The position numbers and the translations under genes are program-made. This document shows, one piece after another, positions 57,510 to 64,000 of a stretch of DNA of 64,000 nucleotides (position 1 is the stretch's first letter; every line of letters begins with the position of its first letter). The notes under the pieces were generated by a model. It saw only the letters and a program-made list of their open reading frames with translations. It searched no databases and was not told the DNA's origin. Location: assembly GCA_045597145.1 (NCBI GenBank), contig JAZODU010000060.1:9562-73561 (forward strand), read 5' to 3'. The DNA comes from Eubacteriales bacterium. GTDB taxonomy: Bacteria > Bacillota > Clostridia > Oscillospirales > CAG-272.

Positions 57510-59850
57510 ATGAAAAAGACTTGCATCTCAAAGGATTGGTACGTCGTTGCCGCAGGAGAAAAGCACTTTGGAAACTACCTCAACGAGGAAAATTCCGACT
57601 TTTTCGGAACAGTGGATCTGCCGCACGATTTTGCAATCTCCCTGCCCCGCCTCCCCGACGCTGACGGCGGTGCGTTCAACGGTTATTTTCAGGGTGGGCG
57701 TGCGGATTACACCAAGTTTTTGACCTTTGACGCCGACGTCGAGCACGTGATCCTCGGAGTGGACGGCTCCAATATGCACACTGAGGTCATGTTCAACGAG
57801 GATATCCTCTATAAGCATCATCACGGCTACACGCCGTTTCTGGTGGACCTGACGAGCCGCGTGCGTCGCGGAGGGCTCTCCAACAAGCTACGCATGCGGA
57901 TCCTCGCACAGCAGCCCTCGACGCGTTGGTACGCGGGCGGCGGTCTTTACCGCGACGTCTATCTTTGGACGGGCGGCAAGGCGCGCATCGAGCCTTACGA
58001 TCTGTTCGTCAGCACTCCGACGGTCACAGCAGAGGACGCAACCGTGCGCGTAGACGCGACGGTCGCATCCGACCTGCATACCGACGTGACACTGCGCGCG
58101 CGCATTCTTGACGCCGACGTCCTTTTACATGCACGTCCCCGCACCGCATCTTTGGGACATTGACGCGCCCAATCTTTACACGATGCTGACCGAGGTCGTG
58201 CCGAACGGCGAGGTGACCGACACCGACGAATGCACATTCGGCATCCGCACGATCTCTGCCGACGCCAAGCGTGGTTTTCTTCTCAACGGACGCCCCTTGA
58301 AGATGAAGGGCGGCTGTATGCACCACACGCACGCGGTGCTGGGGGCAGCAGATTTTGCCGAGGCGGTGGAGCGTCAGATCCGTCAGCTCAAGAGCGTTGG
58401 CTACAACGCCATTCGCTCGGCGCACAATCCCCCCTCCTCCACGCTTCTTGAGGTCTGCGACCGCCTTGGCATGATGCTCATGGACGAGGCGTTTGACATG
58501 TGGCGCGTGAGCAAAACGATCCTTGATTACAACCAGTGGTTTGAATACTGCTGGGCTGACGATATCATGCGCATGGTCAAGCGCGACCGCAACCACCCAT
58601 GTGTGATCTCCTATTCGATCGGCAACGAGATCGAGGAGATTCATTCAATCTCCGAGGGCGGCAATTTTGCCAAAAAGCTTGCGGACCGCGTGCGCGAGTT
58701 TGACAACACGAAATTCGTCACGGCAGGCGGCCGGGCGCTGTTCCGCCGCGCGAGCGAAAGCGACCCTGCGGACTATCAGGATTTTTTCAATCGAGGCTTG
58801 CCCGACAGCGGCTACGGCGAGGTGCCCTCCACCTGGGACACGCGCACCGAGCAATTCTATGCGCCGCTTGACATTGTAGGCTACAATTACCTCTACTACC
58901 GCTATGAAAACGACAAGCATCTCTACCCCGAGCGCGTGATCTGGGGGTCGGAGAACAGAATGCAGCATTTTTACGATTCCTGGAAAGCCACAATAGAAAA
59001 TGACAACGTCATCGGCGACTTTTGCTGGACCTGCTACGACAACCTCGGCGAAGCGGGCACGGGACGCTTTGACTGGGCGCGCGATTACGTGCACACAGGG
59101 CTCTCTCTCGGAGATTTTTCCTGGATCGCCTGCTATCAGGGCGACTTTGATCTATGCGGCTACCGCCGCCCGCAGTCCTATTTCCGCGAAGCGATCTGGC
59201 AGGAGGACAAGACCGCGCACAAGATCTTTACAACGCACCCCGAGCACTTTGGCGAGGGATTCTCGGGCACCTCGTGGCACTGGTTTGACGTGCACGAGTG
59301 CTGGACGTTTGCCGACGAATATCTCGGCAAGCCCGTAAAGGCGGAGATCTACACGCAATGCGACGAGGTCGTCTGGTATCTCAATGGGCGCGAGATCGCC
59401 CGCTCCGTTCCCGAACGAGCGATCGCTTACGCGACGATCCCGTATGAGCGCGGCATTTTGGAGGCGGTGCTTTACAAGGACGGAAAAGAGTACGCCCGCG
59501 CCTCGCTTCACACGGTCGGCGCACCCGAAAAGCTGCATATGTATGCAGAAAAAGCCGAAATTTGCGCCGACAACCGAGAGCTTTGCTATCTGCCGATCTC
59601 GATCGTTGACAAAAACGGCGACCGCGTCACCGACAGCCGCGCGCCCCTGCATTGCACGGTCACGGGCGGCGAGCTGATGGGAATCTTCAGTGGGAATCCG
59701 CAGTCCACCGATCAATACACCTCCCCCGATTGCCACGCCTTTGAAGGGCGCGCCATGGCGATCGTGCGCGCCTCCGCGTCCGGCAAGGTGACCGTAACCG
59801 TGAGCTCCGACGGGCTCGGCAAAGCCCTTGTAAATATTGAAGCTGTTTGA
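57510..59850 (+). pseudogene. glycoside hydrolase family 2 (beta-galactosidase/glucuronidase-like), interrupted by a frameshift near 58110-58125
   Basis: ORF 57510..58163 holds the sugar-binding domain and the start of the Ig-like domain. ORF 58108..59850 in a different frame continues with VPAPHLWDIDAPNLY, LNGRPLKMKGGCMHH, NAIRSAHNP and SIGNEIEE (acid/base Glu). Confidence 0.8.
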
Positions 59851-59858
59851 TTTTTTGT

Positions 59859-60120
59859 GGGAAACTCCTTTCAAGAAGTTTCCCCGGCAAAGAGCAAGCT
59901 TTACAAAACAAAAACATCGTTTGAGTAAAAGAAAAACACCTTGCGCGTTTCAAATGCCTCTTAAAATCCGTTGACGAAACGCACCTCAACCGAAAATACA
60001 CTTCGCAAAAGCGACACGCCCCGGGGGCGGTGTTGTTAAGACACCGCCCCCGGGGCGTGCTCTTTTGTGACGTTCTTGATGGGAGAGAGGGACTTCTCCG
60101 TAAGAAGTCCCCCTCTCTCC
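59859..60120. repeat. composite palindrome-bounded intergenic element (copy 3 of 3, shorter)
   Basis: Bounded by gggaaactcctttcaagaagtttcccc (59859-59885) and gggagagagggacttctccgtaagaagtccccctctctcc (60081-60120). The right arm, with the 19-bp-stem hairpin cacgccccgggggcggtgt/acaccgcccccggggcgtg (60015-60059), is homologous to 18867-18913. Confidence 0.75.
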
Positions 60121-60130
60121 AAATTCTATC

Positions 60131-62059
60131 TTATCTCTTCTTGGTCGCCACTTCAACAAGTGCGTCAGCGAGGAATGCGTCAACGGGCTTGGAAACGGTT
60201 TCGCCCGCGCGATTACGCACGGAAACGGTTCCCTCCTCGACCTCCTTGCCGCCGATGATCAGCATATACGGCACCTTTTGCAACTGCGTATTGCGGATCT
60301 TGTAGCCGATGGTATTGGAGGAATCGTCCAGAACGACGCGCAAGCCTGCTGCGTCCAGCTTTTCCTTGACAGCCTTTGCGTATTCCACGTGCTCGTCACC
60401 AATGGGAAGCAGGCGAACCTGCTCGGGAGCGAGCCAGAGCGGGAACGCGCCTGCGTACTTCTCGATCAGAAGCGCCAGCGTTCTCTCGTAGCAGCCCATG
60501 GACGTGCGGTGAATGATATAGGGATTGACCAGCTGATTATTGGAATCCACGTACTCCATACCGAATTTCTTTGCCAGCAGCATGTCGATCTGAATGGTGA
60601 TCAGCGTGTCCTCTTTTCCAAATACGTTCTTAATCTGGATATCCAGCTTCGGTCCGTAGAACGCCGCCTCGTCGATACCGATCGCGTAGTCGATGCCGTT
60701 CGCATCCAGCAGATCCTTCATGATACCCTGCGCCTCATTCCACTGCTCGGGCGTGCCCTCGTACTTGTCGGTTCTTGTGGGATCCCACTGCGAGAAGCGG
60801 AAGGAGCAATCCTCCTTAAGCCCCAAGGTTTCCAGCATATACATTGCAAGATCAAGACAGCCCTTGAACTCCTCTGCCAGCTGATCGGGACGCAGGACGA
60901 GGTGTCCCTCGGAGATCGTGAACTGGCGCACACGGATCAAACCGTGCATCTCGCCCGAATCCTCGTTACGGAAGAGCGTGGAGGTCTCCCCCAAACGCAT
61001 GGGCAGGTCGCGGTAGGAGCGCTTCTTGTTCAAGAACACCTGATACTGGAAGGGACAGGTCATGGGACGGAGCGCGAAGCACTCCTTGGTTTCGTCGTGG
61101 GGGTCCCCCAACACGAACATGCCGTCAAGATAGTGATCCCAGTGACCCGAGATCTTATAAAGCTCTCTCTTTGCCATCAAGGGCGTTTTGGTGAGCAGGT
61201 AGCCGCGCTTCTGCTCCTCGTCCTCGACCCATCTCTGAAGCGTCTGGATCACGCGCGCGCCCTTGGGAAGCATGATGGGAAGTCCCTGACCGATGACGTC
61301 AACGGTTGTAAAGAGCTCCAATTCGCGTCCGAGCTTGTTGTGGTCGCGCTTGAGTGCCTCCTCCTGCTGTTGGACATATGCGTTCAGCTCGTCCTTGGTC
61401 GGGAACGCGATGCCGTAGATTCTCTGGAGCATCTTGTTCTTCTGGTCGCCCTTCCAATATGCGCCCGTGCACTGGGACGGCATGATCGCCTTGACGGCAC
61501 CCGTGGTAAAGAGGTGCGGGCCTGCGCACAGATCGGTAAATTCACCCTGCTTGTAGAAGCTGATGACCGCGTCCTCGGGCAGCTCCTCGATCAGCTGTAC
61601 CTTATAGGGCTCGTTCTTTTCCTGCATCAGCGCGATCGCCTCGGCGCGAGGCAGCTCAAATCTCTCGATTTTAAGGTTCTCCTTGACGATCTTCTACATC
61701 TCACCCTCAAGTGCCTTAAGCGCCTCGGGCGTGAAGGTGACATCGGAGTCGATATCGTAATAAAAGCCGTTTTCAACGGCAGGACCGATGGTCAGCTTGG
61801 CATCGGGATACAGGCGCTTGACCGCCTGCGCGAGAATATGCGACGCGGTATGGCGAAACAGATGCTTTCCAGCGGTGTCCTCAAAGGTCAGAAGCTTGAC
61901 CTCGGCATCCTCGGTCAGCTCGTACGTCATGGCAACGGTCTTGCCGCCGATCTCGGCACCGATGTGCGCGCGCGTGACCAACTCCATATCCCTTGCGGCG
62001 TCGTACACCGTTACGGGGGCGTCGTATTCGCGTACCTGATCCATAATTTTGATTTGCAT
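60131..62059 (-). pseudogene. thrS: threonine--tRNA ligase with one in-frame TAG at 61694-61696 (pseudogene, base-call error or recoding)
   Basis: Two track ORFs (61694..62113 and 60131..61627) share one frame. The joined read is ...[48 protein letters not shown]..., colinear with ThrRS (TGS domain, HTASHILAQA editing motif, class II core, anticodon domain). Start at MQIKIMDQ (62059). Confidence 0.85.
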
Positions 62060-62098
62060 GGTGTTGTTTTCCTTTCTGTATGTAAGTAAAATAATTAA

Positions 62099-62285
62099 CA
62101 AAAAATACCACACCCCGACAGATGATCACTCTCTGCTCGGGGTGTGGAAAATTCCGCACGGTTCCACCCGGACGTTTTACTTCATTGGTATGAAATTGTC
62201 ATAGAAAAGTGGTACCCCATACCCTCTGCGCGAGCTCTTCCAGCGAATCCTTTCGGAAACGAGCCCTTCTCTGTGACGCAGGTCG
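62099..62285 (-). promoter_or_regulatory. T-box riboswitch leader, Thr specifier ACC (62211-62213)
   Basis: On the minus strand Stem I runs GUCACAGAGAAG...GGGGU-ACC-A-CUUUUCUAUGAC. The T-box is GGGUGGAACCGUGCGG (62154-62169). The terminator is CCACACCCCGA...UCGGGGUGUGG plus UAUUUUUUG (62099-62147). Confidence 0.85.
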
Positions 62286-62315
62286 GACACAGGACGTGTC
62301 TTTCCCGTTTTTGCA

Positions 62316-62762
62316 TTACACCTCGGCGTTTGCCTTGGCGCGCTGCTTCATGTTATATGCCGAGCGCGGGTTCATGATCTCGCGCCAATCGAGGTCGCCT
62401 CTGTCAAGCGCGGTAACGATGACCTCCGCCGTTGCAATGTTGGTTGCAACCGGCACGTTGTAAAGATCGCACAGGCGCAACAGCTCCATTTCGACCTCAT
62501 CGACCGTGGCATCGGGGCGCGTATCCTTGAAATACAGAAGCACGTCGATCTCATTGCAGGAGATACGCGATGCGATCTGCTGCTTGCCGCCCTGCATACC
62601 TGCCAAAAGCCGTTCGATTTCAAGTCCGGTGGCTTCCGAAATATATTTTGCCGTGATATTGGTGGCACAAAGATTATGCTTGCTCAAAATGCCGCAGTAA
62701 GCAATACAAAACTGCGTCATCAATTCTTTTTTAAGGTCATGTGCAATGATAGCAATCTCCAT
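62316..62762 (-). CDS. methylglyoxal synthase-like (MGS-fold) protein lacking catalytic residues
   Basis: Start at MEIAIIAHDLKKE (62762) on an MGS scaffold. GGDQQ is replaced by GGKQQ, ATGTTG by ATNITA, and PHDPD by ATVDE. The E. coli MgsA comparison is from memory. Confidence 0.75.
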   Translation of the reverse strand: MEIAIIAHDLKKELMTQFCIAYCGILSKHNLCATNITAKYISEATGLEIERLLAGMQGGKQQIASRISCNEIDVLLYFKDTRPDATVDEVEMELLRLCDLYNVPVATNIATAEVIVTALDRGDLDWREIMNPRSAYNMKQRAKANAEV

Positions 62763-62937
62763 TCGTTCGGTAGCCCCTTTCTTTTTGGTTGTTCTATAGT
62801 CCTGCCACTGCGTGTTACAAGATTTCTCTATCATTATAACACAAATAGACACAAATTGTCAATAGAAAAAACAGATTTTTTGCTGTTCTGTGAAAAAACA
62901 AACGATCCAACGAAGGATTTACCGAAAAAAACGGGAT

Positions 62938-63474
62938 TTATTCATAGCGTGCGCGGATTCCGCCAATATATTTCGGGCGCGTGCGCGCAGCGAGAAGCGG
63001 TGCGGCACCGATTGCCTTGACCGACAGACGCACGGGCACTGCGACCTCGCGCAGGTGCATACCGATCAGCGTGCCGCCGATATCCAACCCCGCGTGTGCG
63101 CGGATATGCTCGACCGCAACGGGAGCATCAAACGCGCCCCATGCAGACGTTGCAAAGGAGCCCCCCGCCTTGGGCTGCGGAACGACGGACACCTCGTCGA
63201 TGCCGTACTCCTCGGCGCACGCACGCTCGATAATGAGCGCACGGTTGAGATGCTCACAGCATTGCGCCGCAAGGTAAATTCCCTTTTCCTTCAAAATCGG
63301 ATAGATCTCACCAAACACCGCTTGTGCGGTTTCAAAGCTTGATCCGTGTCCGATGGTTTCTCCGACGATCTCGGAGGACGAGCAGCCGATCACGAGGATC
63401 TGCCCTGCCTTCAGGTCAGCTGCCTCGATCAGCTCTCTGACTGCCTGCGCCGCCTGTTGCTTAATTGTTTCCAT
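62938..63474 (-). CDS. TIGR01440/DUF436 family protein
   Basis: 178 aa with ILVIGCSSSEI...AAQCCEHLNRAL...PKAGGSFA, the characteristic family blocks. Confidence 0.8.
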   Translation of the reverse strand: METIKQQAAQAVRELIEAADLKAGQILVIGCSSSEIVGETIGHGSSFETAQAVFGEIYPILKEKGIYLAAQCCEHLNRALIIERACAEEYGIDEVSVVPQPKAGGSFATSAWGAFDAPVAVEHIRAHAGLDIGGTLIGMHLREVAVPVRLSVKAIGAAPLLAARTRPKYIGGIRARYE

Positions 63475-63486
63475 AAAAACGCCTCC

Positions 63487-64000
63487 TTACCAACGGTCGC
63501 TGTCGTCGTCGGGGATCACGCGCTGAACAGCGGTGATCGCGCACTCGATCATATCGTCGGTGGGTTCAAAAACAGTAATGTGCTGGAGCCATACGCCCGG
63601 GAGCGAAATCAATCTCGTGAACCAGTTGTCGTGTCTGCCCGCAAATTTGATCAGCTCGTAGCCGATACCCATGATCAGAGGGATCAGGAGCACCTTGACG
63701 GCAAAGCGCAGGAGCGTGGGAAGCTCCTCGCCCGTGATCGCAATGGCAATGGGATCGATGAAAAACGTAACAAATATGCTTACCAACAGCATCAGGATCA
63801 GAAAAGACGTTCCGCAACGAGGGTGGAATCTGCGCTGGCGACGAATGTTTTCAACGGTCAATTCCTCGCCTGCCTCATAGCAGAAAATGGTCTTATGCTC
63901 GGCACCGTGGTACATAAAAGTACGTCGGATATCCTTCATCAAAGAGATCGCCGCCATGTATCCCACCAAAAGGATAATGCGCAGCACGCCCTCAAACGCA
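63487..64000 (-). CDS. DUF1385 domain membrane protein, C-terminal part (5' end beyond window)
   Basis: YHGAEHKTI...RFHPRCGTSF is the DUF1385 signature. The family is ~300 aa, so the true start lies past position 64000. Confidence 0.8.
   Translation of the reverse strand, partial: AFEGVLRIILLVGYMAAISLMKDIRRTFMYHGAEHKTIFCYEAGEELTVENIRRQRRFHPRCGTSFLILMLLVSIFVTFFIDPIAIAITGEELPTLLRFAVKVLLIPLIMGIGYELIKFAGRHDNWFTRLISLPGVWLQHITVFEPTDDMIECAITAVQRVIPDDDSDRW

Overview
This is a 64-kb chromosomal segment of a high-GC, Clostridia-type Firmicute. Assigning it to an Oscillospiraceae/Ruminococcaceae-like gut or rumen anaerobe is inference from gene content; cwlD and ylmC/ymxH suggest a spore-former lineage. 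There are about 55 protein genes, mostly on the minus strand. Most sit in housekeeping blocks with Bacillus-like synteny: nusB-xseA-xseB-ispA-tlyA-nadK-argR-recN, ecfA1-ecfA2-ecfT-truA, rpsB-tsf, glmM/glmS, dapA-dapB-lysA, ruvA-ruvB, argS, radA, glyA and thrS. Five cis-regulatory RNAs are readable by eye: three T-box leaders, one lysine riboswitch and one glmS ribozyme. The most unusual locus is at 1-4125. Two tandem paralogs encode an HTH(XRE)-cupin module fused to an acyl-CoA synthetase. Each has its own promoter and its own T-box leader, with candidate Val and Ile specifiers. That points to tRNA-charging control of branched-chain fatty-acid activation. Other notable items: (1) an AT-rich type II R-M cassette (BglII/BamHI-fold nuclease plus MT-A70 methylase) wedged between argS and yebC; (2) thrS with an in-frame TAG, in a window where TAG is almost never used as a stop; (3) a frameshifted GH2 gene; (4) a P-type ATPase homolog with all catalytic motifs replaced; (5) a 1497-aa secreted protein with four LamG-like repeats and a coupled tiny acidic ORF; (6) a low-GC DUF559 gene followed by two near-identical 194-bp structured repeats; (7) a family of palindrome-bounded composite intergenic elements located between convergent genes. 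No rRNA, tRNA, CRISPR array, transposase or integrase was seen. The many long ORFs antisense to real genes are high-GC shadow frames.
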